Source: Eubacteriales bacterium (lineage in GTDB: Bacteria; Bacillota; Clostridia; Oscillospirales; CAG-382). Taken from it: a stretch of 64,000 nucleotides of DNA. The stretch is from contig JAQWDK010000005.1 in assembly GCA_028705495.1 (NCBI GenBank), forward strand, positions 28,809 to 92,808, written 5' to 3'. Shown one piece after another: positions 35,092 to 45,259 of this stretch (position 1 is the stretch's first letter; each line of letters begins with the position of its first letter). The position numbers and the translations under genes are program-made. The notes beneath the pieces were generated by a model, which saw only the letters and a list, made by a program, of their open reading frames with translations, made no database searches and had not been told where the DNA came from.

Positions 35092-35559
35092 TTAGTCTTT
35101 TATCAGAAGTCTGCCGCAGCTAACGCAAAACTCATCAGTTGTGTCATTTGTCGCTCCGCAGTCCGTGCAGAGGATAGCTTCAACTGCTGACTCCGATTCG
35201 GTATTATCTTCCGCTTTATCAGCTTCGCTTTTTGCTTCTGTAGCTTTATCTGCGTTTCTTAAAGCTTCGAGTGCAGCCTCAACTTTTTCTATTGCGACCT
35301 TGCTTTCATCGATCTTAACACAGACCGCTTTTATACGCTCGCTTTCTTCGATATTACGCGAGGCATAATAGAGTTTACCTAACTCTGTGTAAAGCTTTCC
35401 TAAGAGCCTTTTCTTATTAGAAAGATCGACATTCAGCTTTGCAGCTTCAGCGAAAATCTTTGCTTTGTCGTAACCCTTTTCAATAAGTTCTTTTGCAATC
35501 TTTCCGCTTTCTTTTGTAAAATCGGAGATGTTCTTTAAGATATCATCGGTATTTGTCAT
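35092..35559 (-). CDS. Coiled-coil protein with a C-terminal zinc ribbon, function unknown
   Basis: 155 aa. The C-terminus is CTDCGATNDTTDEFCVSCG (CxxC-N10-CxxC). The helical body is Lys/Glu/Ala-rich. Confidence 0.55.
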   Translation of the reverse strand: MTNTDDILKNISDFTKESGKIAKELIEKGYDKAKIFAEAAKLNVDLSNKKRLLGKLYTELGKLYYASRNIEESERIKAVCVKIDESKVAIEKVEAALEALRNADKATEAKSEADKAEDNTESESAVEAILCTDCGATNDTTDEFCVSCGRLLIKD

Positions 35560-35621
35560 TTATCTGCCCCCTCTTCCGATAATCTTACGCTAATAAGTTA
35601 TCGGGGATGTAATCAAACTAA

Positions 35622-36140
35622 TCACTCTATCGGTTCGATGATACCGTATTCGTCATCGTTCCTTTTATAAACCACATTCATAGAACCTGTTTCAGCGTTT
35701 CTGAACATGAAAAAGCTGTGAGAGAGAAGGTTCATCTGCATAATCGCTTCTTCAACAGACATTGGAAGAATTTCAAACTTCTTCTGTTTTGTCACTTTGA
35801 TGACTTCTTCAGTCTCTTCATTTTGAGCTGGTGGGAAGTCCTTGACTATGTGCTTTTGTTTCTCAAGCCTTGTCTTGTTCTTTCTAATCTGACGTTCAAG
35901 TACATCAACCGCCTTATCAAGGGCTGATATTGCATCCTTACCGGTCTCCTCCGCACGGAAGATTGTTCCGTTACGGAAAAAGGTAATTTCGACGGTTTCC
36001 CTGCCCCTCTTTTCAGAAAGTGTCACTGTCGCATCAAGAACCTCAGGAAAGAACTTGTCAAGCTTTTTGAGCTTTTTGTCGATGCGTGCCTTAATGTCTT
36101 CGGTCACATTGAACTTTCTTGCAACGATAATAGCCTTCAT
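35622..36140 (-). CDS. hpf: Ribosome hibernation promoting factor (long HPF)
   Basis: MKAIIVARKFNVTEDIKARIDKKLKKLDKFF plus the C-terminal dimerisation domain (FMFRNAETGSMNVVYKRNDDEYGIIEP). I prefer ATG 36140 (AAAGGA SD) to 36152. Confidence 0.88.
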   Translation of the reverse strand: MKAIIVARKFNVTEDIKARIDKKLKKLDKFFPEVLDATVTLSEKRGRETVEITFFRNGTIFRAEETGKDAISALDKAVDVLERQIRKNKTRLEKQKHIVKDFPPAQNEETEEVIKVTKQKKFEILPMSVEEAIMQMNLLSHSFFMFRNAETGSMNVVYKRNDDEYGIIEPIE

Positions 36141-36283
36141 AACTATAACCATCCTTTCGTTTTATATGGGACATATATAAATTGATAGAATTCATTATTT
36201 CTTATCTTTAAGATATTATAACATATATAACGATAAAACGGTATGGTTTTTTTGACTTATGTGATGAAATTACACAATATTTT

Positions 36284-37141
36284 TTATATTATTCTCTCGG
36301 CATGGCGTGTTACATGGCATGAGATATTTACCGCAACAGGAAGCCCTGCAATATGTGTTGCATATCCCTCTACTGCTGCCCATAAAGCAGTATTCGCTCC
36401 ACCCAATCCCTGAACACCGACACCTGTGGAATTTACTGCAGTTAATATCTTTTTTTCAAGCTCCGCATAATGACTGTCCGGGTTATAATCACCGACTCTG
36501 CGAAGCAGTGCTTTTTTTGCAAGATATGCGCAGTACTCAAAGCTGCCTCCGACACCAACGCCGACTATTATCGGCGGACAAGGGTTGCCGCCTGCTCTTT
36601 GCGCTGTATCAGCGACAAAATCAGCTATGTCATCAAGGTTTACAGAAGGGTTAAACATCTTGATTGCACTCATGTTCTCACTGCCGAAGCCCTTAGGACT
36701 GACCTTTATCTTTACTTGACTGCCATCGACTATCTCTGTGTGTATAACAGCAGGTGTGTTGTCACCACTGTTTATTCTTACAAGGGGATGTGATACAACT
36801 GATTTCCTAAAGTATCCGTCATTATACGCCCTCGCAACGCCTCTATTTACCGCCTCTGAAAGACTTCCGCCTACAATATGAGCATCCTGCCCGAGTTCTA
36901 TGAAGACAATAGCCATACCTGTGTCCTGACAGATTGGCAGACCGCTTTTTTCTGCGTATTCTGCGTTTTCCTCAATCTTATCAAGAATGCTTTTGCAAAG
37001 ATTAAGCTTCTCTTCGTTTTTTGCTTTCCCGATAGCTTTTTTTACATCTTGCGGTAGCTTGACATTTGCTTCAAGAAACAGCTCATATACCGTTTGTTCG
37101 ATTATACCCGCTTCGATGGGTCTTAATGCGTATTCCTTCAT
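36284..37141 (-). CDS. Fe-S type hydro-lyase alpha subunit (class I fumarate hydratase / tartrate dehydratase alpha)
   Basis: SGLPICQDTGMAIVFIELGQD and CPPIIVGVGVGGSFE are signatures of FumA-N/TtdA. I place the start at ATG 37141 (MKEYALRPIE). Confidence 0.8.
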   Translation of the reverse strand: MKEYALRPIEAGIIEQTVYELFLEANVKLPQDVKKAIGKAKNEEKLNLCKSILDKIEENAEYAEKSGLPICQDTGMAIVFIELGQDAHIVGGSLSEAVNRGVARAYNDGYFRKSVVSHPLVRINSGDNTPAVIHTEIVDGSQVKIKVSPKGFGSENMSAIKMFNPSVNLDDIADFVADTAQRAGGNPCPPIIVGVGVGGSFEYCAYLAKKALLRRVGDYNPDSHYAELEKKILTAVNSTGVGVQGLGGANTALWAAVEGYATHIAGLPVAVNISCHVTRHAERII

Positions 37142-37223
37142 AAAATCTCCGATTAAACTTAGTGTATAAACGTAAAATGGCATTGCATAGCAATACCACG
37201 ACGTTTTGATATGATATTATGCT

Positions 37224-37637
37224 TTAGAGCCCTCGTCCACTCTTTTTTGAATAACCGCTGCCGCGTTTGCTTTCTAAACCTTTTTTCAGGTCGGACATCT
37301 TTTCATCGCTCGTAGATTTAAAACGGCTCATCATGTCCTCAAAGCTCTGTTCTTGTTTACCGCTTGGAACATATTCATCCGGCTGTTTCATAGCTCTCTT
37401 TCTCTCAAGGAGCTTCTTTATCGACAGCCCGATACGGTTATTTGCGTCAATGTTGATAATAATAGCTTCGACGCTTTGTCCCTCACTCAGATAAGCGGTT
37501 ATATCGCGCACGTAATCAGTCGAAACCTCGGATATGTGAATCATCCCCGACTTCCCGCCCTCAAGTGAAACGAATGCCCCGAAATTTGTTATCTTTGTAA
37601 CAACGCCTTTTACAGTCTTTCCGACTTCTAACTGCAT
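37224..37637 (-). CDS. yabR: S1 RNA-binding domain protein (YabR-like)
   Basis: VGKTVKGVVTKITNFGAFVSLEGGKSGMIHISEVS is an S1 fold motif. Its position after divIC matches the B. subtilis yabR locus. Confidence 0.8.
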   Translation of the reverse strand: MQLEVGKTVKGVVTKITNFGAFVSLEGGKSGMIHISEVSTDYVRDITAYLSEGQSVEAIIINIDANNRIGLSIKKLLERKRAMKQPDEYVPSGKQEQSFEDMMSRFKSTSDEKMSDLKKGLESKRGSGYSKKSGRGL

Positions 37638-37773
37638 ATCTTGCCTTTCTCAGCGGTTTTTCGCGATGATGGGTAATGTATTATCAACGCGTTTTATAAT
37701 TCTTTGCACCACCGCCCTAAAATGCAAAGCTGTTTTGTAACTTTATGTTATTTACATAATATGCAGTGCTTTT

Positions 37774-38055
37774 TCAATCTGTCAAATCATTGTAAAATAT
37801 TATTTCATCACTGTAATAATATCCGTTTTCTCTTGCGATTTTTCTGATATAATCATCGGTTATCGGTGTGTCGAGTCTTTCATTGATTTCATCGATATTG
37901 TTCGTTATCGCTCTAATTCGCGATTCTGCTACTGCTTTTTGCTCTTTTAGGTCGGAGAGCTTAACTTGCATATTTACGATGGATACAACAAAAAACACAA
38001 TTACGGCAAGCACCGCAATTTTGACAAAAATATTGGATCTTCTTCTGCTACCCAA
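37774..38055 (-). CDS. divIC: Septum formation initiator family protein (DivIC/FtsB-like)
   Basis: 93 aa with a basic N-terminus, a single TM helix and a coiled coil. Synteny is yabP-yabQ-divIC-yabR. Confidence 0.65.
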   Translation of the reverse strand: MGSRRRSNIFVKIAVLAVIVFFVVSIVNMQVKLSDLKEQKAVAESRIRAITNNIDEINERLDTPITDDYIRKIARENGYYYSDEIIFYNDLTD

Positions 38056-38089
38056 TGCGGTCTCCCCCTTTTGTAATTATATCAGCGGC

Positions 38090-38575
38090 TCAACCGGAGC
38101 TGCGGCATAGCCCGAAGCCGTCTACAGCTCCATTTATAACTCTTCCGAGTAGAATTTTCTGTTTAATGTTTCGTCTTATGTATAAAAATAGTTTTTTCAA
38201 GCCTTTTGCAGCTGCAATAAATGGTGCTGCAATTAAAGCTGCTATTAAACGAATGGCTTTTTTGATAAAGGCAATAATTATTTCTGATAGCCTGTACACT
38301 ATCTTGCCTACAGTCATGTAATACACGGTAAAACCGATGCCTGAACCAATAAGGGCATAGCCTCTGACTATACCATAACCGGCGTTGAATATGAAAATGC
38401 TCATAATTACTGCCGCAGTAAGGCAGAACAGCAAATCCTCAAAGAAGATAACTGTTTTTGCTTTTGGCAATATAATTCGCACAATACGAAAAACATCGTA
38501 AACTGCCCCTATTCCTGCTCCTACTATAAGTGAGTAGAGAAAAAAGAGCATAAGGATATTGAAATCTATCGCCAT
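38090..38575 (-). CDS. yabQ: Spore cortex biosynthesis protein YabQ
   Basis: 161 aa multi-TM protein (GAGIGAVYDVFRI motif region) immediately after yabP. Confidence 0.65.
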   Translation of the reverse strand: MAIDFNILMLFFLYSLIVGAGIGAVYDVFRIVRIILPKAKTVIFFEDLLFCLTAAVIMSIFIFNAGYGIVRGYALIGSGIGFTVYYMTVGKIVYRLSEIIIAFIKKAIRLIAALIAAPFIAAAKGLKKLFLYIRRNIKQKILLGRVINGAVDGFGLCRSSG

Positions 38576-38577
38576 AG

Positions 38578-38871
38578 TTATTTGAATATGCCGAATAGTC
38601 CGGTTCGTCTTTCTGAACCGTCTTTTTTCGACTGGCGTTTTTGTTCTGAATAAACGAGCGCTTCAATATTACCGCAGATGACGACCTCGCCACCTTCCGG
38701 AGCGTCGAGTGCGAGCTTAGTTATAGTAATTCCGTCACCGCTGATTGTTAAATCAACATCTCCGCCGATTTGCAGATTAACAACGGTTTCGTCAAAGCTG
38801 TAAACCTCGCTGACCTCGCTGACTGTGAGTTTTGATCTATTCTCCATCAAGATCCTGTGACGATTTGTCAT
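38578..38871 (-). CDS. yabP: Sporulation protein YabP
   Basis: LTVSEVSEVYSFDETVVNLQIGGDVDLTISGDGITITKL matches the YabP pattern; 97 aa. Confidence 0.78.
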   Translation of the reverse strand: MTNRHRILMENRSKLTVSEVSEVYSFDETVVNLQIGGDVDLTISGDGITITKLALDAPEGGEVVICGNIEALVYSEQKRQSKKDGSERRTGLFGIFK

Positions 38872-39032
38872 AGGTTTATCTCCTTCTCTTTGAAATACGA
38901 AGGATAGCGGTTACATAAATAGCAACCGTCCCGATAGAGGATATGCCTGAGGTCTAATAATTATTCCGCGCTCCGGTATATTGCACCGGAAAATTCCCTG
39001 ACACAATATCCCGGAGCCACGTTTTTTTGATA

Positions 39033-39284
39033 TTAATTGCCGTCCTGTATAATCTCGTACATAGACTGCGCTTCTGCTTTACCAGCGTGTTCGTTAAGTG
39101 ACAGAACCTTTAGTTTTACGCTTCTGTTCCCGAACGATACACAAAGCTCATCTCCGAGCTTGACCTCATAAGAAGCCTTGACAGCTCTACCGTTCGCAGT
39201 AACATAACTCTTGTCGCACGCTTCATTAGCAACTGTGCGCCTTTTTATTATACGCGACACTTTTAAAAACTTGTCAAGTCTCAT
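39033..39284 (-). CDS. yabO: S4-domain RNA-binding protein (YabO/Hsp15-like)
   Basis: MRLDKFLKVSRIIKRRTVANEACDKSYVTANGRAVK is an S4 domain; 83 aa. Confidence 0.78.
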   Translation of the reverse strand: MRLDKFLKVSRIIKRRTVANEACDKSYVTANGRAVKASYEVKLGDELCVSFGNRSVKLKVLSLNEHAGKAEAQSMYEIIQDGN

Positions 39285-39301
39285 GAAGTCCTCCGCGCGT
39301 T

Positions 39302-39574
39302 TTATTTAAGTGCGTCTTTAAGATTTTTGCTGGGTGTGAAAGCTGCTGCTTTTGATGCCGGAATGGTGATAGCTTCGAGAGTTTTCGGGTTTCTGCCGGG
39401 TCTTTCTGCTCTCTCTTTTACCTTGAAGGTGCCGAATCCTGCAAGCATAACCTTGTTACCAGCAACAAGTTCCTTCTCGATTGCGCCAATAAAAGCATTG
39501 TAAGCTGCTTCAGCTTCTTTTTTCTTAAGACCTGCTTCTGCTGCGATGATTTCGACTAATTCTGTTTTGTTCAT
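39302..39574 (-). CDS. hup: DNA-binding protein HU
   Basis: MNKTELVEIIA....GFGTFKVKERAERPGRNPKTLEAITIPASKAAAFTPSK is the canonical HU sequence; 90 aa. Confidence 0.92.
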   Translation of the reverse strand: MNKTELVEIIAAEAGLKKKEAEAAYNAFIGAIEKELVAGNKVMLAGFGTFKVKERAERPGRNPKTLEAITIPASKAAAFTPSKNLKDALK

Positions 39575-39670
39575 TTAAAATGTCATCCTTTCATTTAAGG
39601 GTACGGATTAAAGCTACACAAATGTATAAAACCCTCGGTTTGATATCATTTTCAAACCTTAAACCCTTGT

Positions 39671-39699
39671 ATTATAGCACGTTCAGTATATCATTAAGA
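39671..39699 (-). promoter_or_regulatory. Candidate extended -10 promoter of hup
   Basis: Minus strand TGc-TATAAT (39679..39671) with a weak -35 TCTTAA (39699..39694). The ~95-nt leader has a GGTTTGA/TCAAACC hairpin. Confidence 0.45.
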
Positions 39700-39790
39700 T
39701 GCCATGAAATCAATAGGAAAATGAATGGTTTTTTGTTTTTTTCGTGTATTTTCGGCACTTTTAAGCTCATAACTGGGTTGTTTAACCTCG

Positions 39791-40600
39791 TCATGCCCTT
39801 CCGTTTCGCTCGTCCGCCTTAACTTTATCCCAGAGCTTGTCCGCCTCACAAAGCGTCATATTAACAAGTCCGCCTGCACTTTCTGCCGCTTTTTCGACCG
39901 ACGTGAACCGCCTTGTAAACTTGTCAGAGGCTGCGGATAGCGCACTTTCCGGCTCAACACCGCAGAGCCTTGAGAGATTGACTACAGCAAAAAGAAGGTC
40001 ACCAATTTCACCTTCAACCTCGTTCTCGTCCGCTGCGAGAACCTCGTCCAATTCTTCTCGTAATTTATCAGCAGCAGATTTCGCATCAGGAAAATCAAAA
40101 CCGACTTTTTTCGCTTTCTTGCCGATTTTTTCCGCACGCATTAGAGCTGGCAGAGCTTTTGATATACTATCCATCGTTTCGGCTGTCGACTTATGCTTTT
40201 TAGTCTTACGCTTGATGTCATCCCAGTTTTCAAGCACCTTTTCACTTGTGTCTGCTTTTACATCGCTGAAGATATGAGGGTGTCTGACAATCAGTTTTTT
40301 GCATATTCCTTCGACCACATCATCTATTGAAAAATCTCCGCCTTCATCTGCCATCTTTGAATGGAAAACAACCTGAAGCATTACATCACCTAACTCCTCA
40401 CAGAGGAGTTCGCTGTCGCCATTGTCTATCGCTTCCACTGCTTCATAGGTTTCTTCAATAAAATTTTGTCTGATACTGCGATGTGTCTGCTCTCTATCCC
40501 AAGGGCAACCGTCGGGGGAACGCAGTATATTCATTATCTCCACTAAATCATTAAAACTGTAGCTTTGCTTTTCGGTCAAAGCTTTTATTTTATTATTCAT
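39791..40600 (-). CDS. mazG: Nucleoside triphosphate pyrophosphohydrolase MazG
   Basis: CPWDREQTHRSIRQNFIEETYEAVEAID and EELGDVMLQVVFH, followed by a second MazG repeat (EIGDLLFAVVNLSR). Confidence 0.88.
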   Translation of the reverse strand: MNNKIKALTEKQSYSFNDLVEIMNILRSPDGCPWDREQTHRSIRQNFIEETYEAVEAIDNGDSELLCEELGDVMLQVVFHSKMADEGGDFSIDDVVEGICKKLIVRHPHIFSDVKADTSEKVLENWDDIKRKTKKHKSTAETMDSISKALPALMRAEKIGKKAKKVGFDFPDAKSAADKLREELDEVLAADENEVEGEIGDLLFAVVNLSRLCGVEPESALSAASDKFTRRFTSVEKAAESAGGLVNMTLCEADKLWDKVKADERNGRA

Positions 40601-40617
40601 TTATATGGTAATTCCTT

Positions 40618-42288
40618 TCAATCTCTCTCTTTTCCAATCGTATTTTGTTTGCCGTATGCCCCTAATTTAACGAGTGCGCTGTAAACACGCTCCCCTTTAG
40701 GGAGCATTCTTATCTCATGGGGTGGAATTGTTTTTGTAAAGATGATTGTGACCATATATATTACTACCGCAATCAGTATCACTATTATAAGGGCAAAAGC
40801 GTTCGACGGCATAACAAAGTAAATCAGCTCGTATGCAGCCCATGCAGAAAAACCACAAACCGCCGAGGCAAATAAAGGCTTAACGGAGATTTTTAAAGCT
40901 CCGATGGGTTTACCGAAAAATTCATTTAAGTAGCGCATATTGGAAACTGTCGCCGTTATAAAGCAAAGGGCAGTTCCGGCAGCTGCACCCGCAGGTCCGA
41001 CACCCGGTATGAGCATTAGACCAATTGTGGTGACAAGTTTGACTGATACGGCGATTACAGCGGATATAATCGTTTTGTTTTGAAGCCCGCAGGACTGCAT
41101 AACCGATGTTGTTGTCGTATAAAGGCAAGTAGCAGCCGCAGCCGCGCACAGAAGCACAAGGCTTGGCATTGTCGCATTAATAGCAACAAGTGAAGTTCCC
41201 GAAAAAGTTTCTGCTGTTTCCGCATAGTTTTTGAAAAGAAGCATAATTATCGGTCTGCCCAATGTAGAAATACCGATTGCACATGGAAATGCGAGTACTG
41301 CCGTAATCCTGAATGCAGCTCTGACTGAACGGCGTGCACGGTCGAATTTTTCTCTTACAACCCAGTGGGTGATAGCTGGAAGCACACTTATCCCTATTCC
41401 GACAATTATCGACGAAGGTAGCGTAGAAAGAGTTTCGGCGATATTTACATACCAGGAATAATATTTCATCACCGAAGGCTCTGGCATGTGGGCGGCGAGC
41501 ATGTTGTTAATAACAATCATGTCAATTATGCCGGTTGAATTAATTATAACCGCTGTTATTGTAATCGGAATACCGATTGCAAAGATTTTTGTTAAAATCT
41601 TTGAGTCCTTCGTTTCGAACCCTTTTATTTTTTCGCCTTGAAGCTCCGTCTTTTTATAAGCGACATACATATATATCGCGCTGAAAATAACTCCGACTGT
41701 TATACCGCTTATAACATAAGCTGCAACTTCTCCGGCATCTAAGCCTTTGCTTTTCGCATAGAACCCCAGCCCGAATCCGATTAAGAGCTTAAAGGAGACT
41801 TCTATTATCTGAGAAACTCCGGTGGGAGTCATATTTCTCAGTCCTTGGAAATAACCTCTAAAACCCGAAATGATACAAATTAGCACAACCGATGGTGCAA
41901 TAACTCTGATTGCAGGTACTGCGGCAGGCATGCTGATAATTGAAGCTATGCCTTCCGCAAAAACAAACATCACGACCGTAAAGAAAAGTCCGAGACCTAC
42001 AAAAAGGTACATCGAAACCCGCATTATTCTCCGCACCGCTTCGCTTTTTCCAAGAGAGGAAGCGGCGGCTACCATTCTTGAAACAGCGATCGGAAGCCCT
42101 GTGGTTGTTATAATGAAAAAGAAGGCGTAAACCTTGAAAGCGGCGGCATATAGACCCATTACCTCGTTTCCGATGAGGTTAACCATCAGAATCTGGAATA
42201 ATGCGCCTATTATTTTTACAATGAAGTTAGAAGCAAGCAGTATAGCCGCACCAAGGGCAAGGCTTTGTGCGCCTTTTTTAAGTTTCAT
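40618..42288 (-). CDS. MOP-superfamily flippase, SpoVB/YabM-like polysaccharide biosynthesis protein
   Basis: 556 aa with about 14 TM segments. Its position upstream of mazG-yabO-yabP equals the B. subtilis yabM slot. Confidence 0.65.
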   Translation of the reverse strand: MKLKKGAQSLALGAAILLASNFIVKIIGALFQILMVNLIGNEVMGLYAAAFKVYAFFFIITTTGLPIAVSRMVAAASSLGKSEAVRRIMRVSMYLFVGLGLFFTVVMFVFAEGIASIISMPAAVPAIRVIAPSVVLICIISGFRGYFQGLRNMTPTGVSQIIEVSFKLLIGFGLGFYAKSKGLDAGEVAAYVISGITVGVIFSAIYMYVAYKKTELQGEKIKGFETKDSKILTKIFAIGIPITITAVIINSTGIIDMIVINNMLAAHMPEPSVMKYYSWYVNIAETLSTLPSSIIVGIGISVLPAITHWVVREKFDRARRSVRAAFRITAVLAFPCAIGISTLGRPIIMLLFKNYAETAETFSGTSLVAINATMPSLVLLCAAAAATCLYTTTTSVMQSCGLQNKTIISAVIAVSVKLVTTIGLMLIPGVGPAGAAAGTALCFITATVSNMRYLNEFFGKPIGALKISVKPLFASAVCGFSAWAAYELIYFVMPSNAFALIIVILIAVVIYMVTIIFTKTIPPHEIRMLPKGERVYSALVKLGAYGKQNTIGKERD

Positions 42289-42339
42289 ATAAATACCGTT
42301 TCAAATGAGATGCGTGGTGTTTAAAGCAAACGAACTGTT

Positions 42340-43212
42340 TTATCTGGTCTGGACAAATTCATTCATCAGTGAGCCTTCAGGAATCTGAGACGGGTTGATA
42401 GCTCTGTAACGCATGAGTTTTTCTATAATTCCAAGACTTTCGTCGTAATATTCGCTATCGGGATGTAGTTCCGACAAAATTTCGATCGCCTCTTCTTTAA
42501 GAACAGATGCCTCGTATTCGAAGAAAGTGTTGATATTGACATCAGCAAGATCCGAAAAGGGGTAGATATATTTTTTCTCACCGTTTCTAACGCTCGGCCA
42601 CATCGAGAAAGTCTTTTCTGCGTTTGCGCTGCGATGGTAGTAATCTCTCACCAGTCTTCTTATTTTCCTTACATCAGAAGGCGAAAAAGGATAGCTGTCG
42701 TATGGTCTCGGGTCAAGGAAAATCCTATACATCGCTTTGTTTTCGACATATTCACTATAAAGCTCCGGGTTTAGCGCATGGAGCCCTTCGATAAAGCATA
42801 TATCGTTTTCTTCGAGTCTGATTTTTCTGTACGTGTCAGTTCTATCCCGCTTGTTGAAGTCAAAAGTCGGTATATATGCCGATTTGCCGATGCTTATATT
42901 GTGAAGGCAATCGTGTAAATAGTCGAGGTCAAGGCTATTAACCGACTCAAGGTCGGGTTTACCTTCATCGTCAAGTGGCGCGTATGCGGGATTTTTATAA
43001 AAGTCGTCGAGGGAAAGCATAAAGGTGTTAATCTTGTCGCCTGCACTGAGTTTTTTGTTAAGCTTCGCCGTAGTCGTTGTTTTTCCAGCACAGGATGGTC
43101 CTGCTATCATAACAAGTTTTATCGCCTTGTTACCGCGGATTTCCTCAACAATCTTCTTGAGTTCGTTTTCGTAATACACCTCGCATGACACGAGATATTC
43201 TCTATCTGTCAT
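42340..43212 (-). CDS. Uridine kinase / PRK-family P-loop nucleoside kinase
   Basis: P-loop IAGPSCAGKTTTTAKL, then LSLDDFY. I prefer the start at ATG 43212 (MTDREYLV). Confidence 0.55.
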   Translation of the reverse strand: MTDREYLVSCEVYYENELKKIVEEIRGNKAIKLVMIAGPSCAGKTTTTAKLNKKLSAGDKINTFMLSLDDFYKNPAYAPLDDEGKPDLESVNSLDLDYLHDCLHNISIGKSAYIPTFDFNKRDRTDTYRKIRLEENDICFIEGLHALNPELYSEYVENKAMYRIFLDPRPYDSYPFSPSDVRKIRRLVRDYYHRSANAEKTFSMWPSVRNGEKKYIYPFSDLADVNINTFFEYEASVLKEEAIEILSELHPDSEYYDESLGIIEKLMRYRAINPSQIPEGSLMNEFVQTR

Positions 43213-43230
43213 AATGATGACCACACCTTT

Positions 43231-44784
43231 CTAATTATCTTGAAGTTTGTTTCGGTCGCATTCTTTGCGACTCGTGCCATGATATACGGCACGAGAGAAA
43301 CAAACTTCGGTATTGAAAGGTTTATCTTTCAATACTTTTATCTCATCCTCAAAAATGTCTTTTCTGTCACCAGAAAGATACTCGTAAGGATATTTCGGGA
43401 ATGCGAATCTGTTTATATCTCCATCTTTGACGATCTTTGTGACAGCTGAAGCACCGCAGCCGAAAACTGTACTCCCGTCCTCCATCATCAGCACATTGTA
43501 AAGGCATTCTTTACCGGGGAGCGAATAACCGCAGTTCTCGCCGTTTCCGGAGGTGTTCTTCTGTCTGTAGAGGTAATAAGGCTTATAATCTTCTAAATTA
43601 AGTTTTTTTGCCGCTATCTCAAGCGACATAGATGCAACATCATCGTTAGGGTCGCTATTGTAGTTCTTTTCCCTTATCGCGGCTGCATTTTTTAGCGCAA
43701 GAGTGTGAATTGTTATATTGTCCGGTTTTAGGTAAAGAACTTCATCGAGACTTCTTTCAAATCCCAAAGCAGTATCTCCGGGAAGCGCCGCAATAAGGTC
43801 GGTGTTAATTTTGAATCCTAATTTTTTTGCATAGTTATATGCAGTGAAGAACTGTGAAACACTGTGTTTTCTGCCTATTGCTCTCAGTATATTTTCGTCA
43901 AGGGTCTGAGGATTTATACTGACTCTGTCGACACCGGACTCTTTAGCAGCGGCGAGTTTTTCTATTGTTATTGTATCGGGTCTTCCAGCTTCAAGAGTAA
44001 ACTCTAAAACACCACTCATATCAAAGCTTTCGCTAATCGTTCCGGTGATTCTCTTTATCTGTTCCGCCGACAAAATTGTTGGTGTTCCTCCACCGATGTA
44101 AATGCTTCTGAGATTCATATCACACTCGGAGATGAGTTTTGCCGTTTTGCCAAGGTCTAAAATTAACCTTTCCACATAATCGGGTATCAGCGCAAACAGC
44201 TTCTCTCCACTATAAGAAACAAACGAACAGTATTCGCAACGAGTCGGACAAAATGGTATCGCAACATATAGCGAACAGTCTTTCTCCGAAATACCTTCAA
44301 GCATCCTTTTCTGAGCTTTTGCTGCTGTGACACAAAGCTTTGCTTTACTCTCGGAAACCCAGAAATCATGGGTAAAAATTTCGATTGCCCGTTCTTCACC
44401 AAGCCCTTCGGCAAGATAACCGAAAGCTCGTTTCACAGGCCTTATCCCAGTGAGAAGTCCCCAAGGAGTAACGAACCCGAACAACTTTTTACAAGAAATT
44501 AGAAATGCTCTGCCACTTGCTGCCGCTGCAACTGAAACTTCGCTGCGGTCATGAAGCAGGTCTGAATACGAGACAGAGGCGCATCCTTCAGCTGTATTTA
44601 TACCGTTTGAAACAACCACTTTAGAATAAAATCCATTATCAGAGCGGTTCAGTGAAAAGTATGCACTGTTGGGAGATTTATCTCCTGAACGGGGAAACTT
44701 TTCTCCATGAAAATACATTAAACATAGCATTTGAAAAAAGTATTCGCTAAGTAGCCCCGTGTCGTTATCTATTTTTAGAATCAT
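43231..44784 (-). CDS. hemZ: Radical SAM protein, HemZ/HemN-like coproporphyrinogen dehydrogenase family
   Basis: CxxxCxxC cluster motif CPTRCEYCSF and GGGTPT. It is about 500 aa with the long N-terminal extension typical of HemZ. Confidence 0.65.
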   Translation of the reverse strand: MILKIDNDTGLLSEYFFQMLCLMYFHGEKFPRSGDKSPNSAYFSLNRSDNGFYSKVVVSNGINTAEGCASVSYSDLLHDRSEVSVAAAASGRAFLISCKKLFGFVTPWGLLTGIRPVKRAFGYLAEGLGEERAIEIFTHDFWVSESKAKLCVTAAKAQKRMLEGISEKDCSLYVAIPFCPTRCEYCSFVSYSGEKLFALIPDYVERLILDLGKTAKLISECDMNLRSIYIGGGTPTILSAEQIKRITGTISESFDMSGVLEFTLEAGRPDTITIEKLAAAKESGVDRVSINPQTLDENILRAIGRKHSVSQFFTAYNYAKKLGFKINTDLIAALPGDTALGFERSLDEVLYLKPDNITIHTLALKNAAAIREKNYNSDPNDDVASMSLEIAAKKLNLEDYKPYYLYRQKNTSGNGENCGYSLPGKECLYNVLMMEDGSTVFGCGASAVTKIVKDGDINRFAFPKYPYEYLSGDRKDIFEDEIKVLKDKPFNTEVCFSRAVYHGTSRKECDRNKLQDN

Positions 44785-45236
44785 TCCTTAGCCGCTTTCG
44801 CCCCTGTGTCAACCAATACTGTAACCGGTCCGTCATTTTCCGCAAGTACCCGCATGTGAGCGCCAAAAACTCCTGTTTTTGTCGGTATAAGTCTATTAAA
44901 AGCCGCTGCAAGACTATCGAAAAGAGGTGCCGCAATTGCCGGTTTTTCAGCACTGAAGAAATCCGGTCGTCTGCCGTGGGATGTATCACCGCAAACGGTG
45001 AAGTTCGGCACAAGGAGCACTTCCCCGCCAATGTCAGCTACCGAGAGGTTCATTTTGTCATTTTCATCCCTGAAAATTCTAAGTCCGGAGATTTTGTCAG
45101 CGGCTTTTTGTATATCAGCTTCTCCGTCGCCGGCAAAGATACCTGCGAACACAACCAGTCCTTCGCCTATTTTTGCAACATGGACACCGTCAGCGTCGAG
45201 TGACGCACTTTTTACTCTTTGTACAACAAGTAGCAT
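44781..45236 (-). CDS. dtd: D-aminoacyl-tRNA deacylase
   Basis: MLLVVQRVKSASL.., SGLRIFRDENDKMNLS and NFTVCGDTSHGRRPDF are Dtd signatures. There is a 4-nt overlap with hemZ. Confidence 0.88.
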   Translation of the reverse strand: MLLVVQRVKSASLDADGVHVAKIGEGLVVFAGIFAGDGEADIQKAADKISGLRIFRDENDKMNLSVADIGGEVLLVPNFTVCGDTSHGRRPDFFSAEKPAIAAPLFDSLAAAFNRLIPTKTGVFGAHMRVLAENDGPVTVLVDTGAKAAKE

Positions 45237-45259
45237 TTTCGCTATATGTCAGTGGGATT

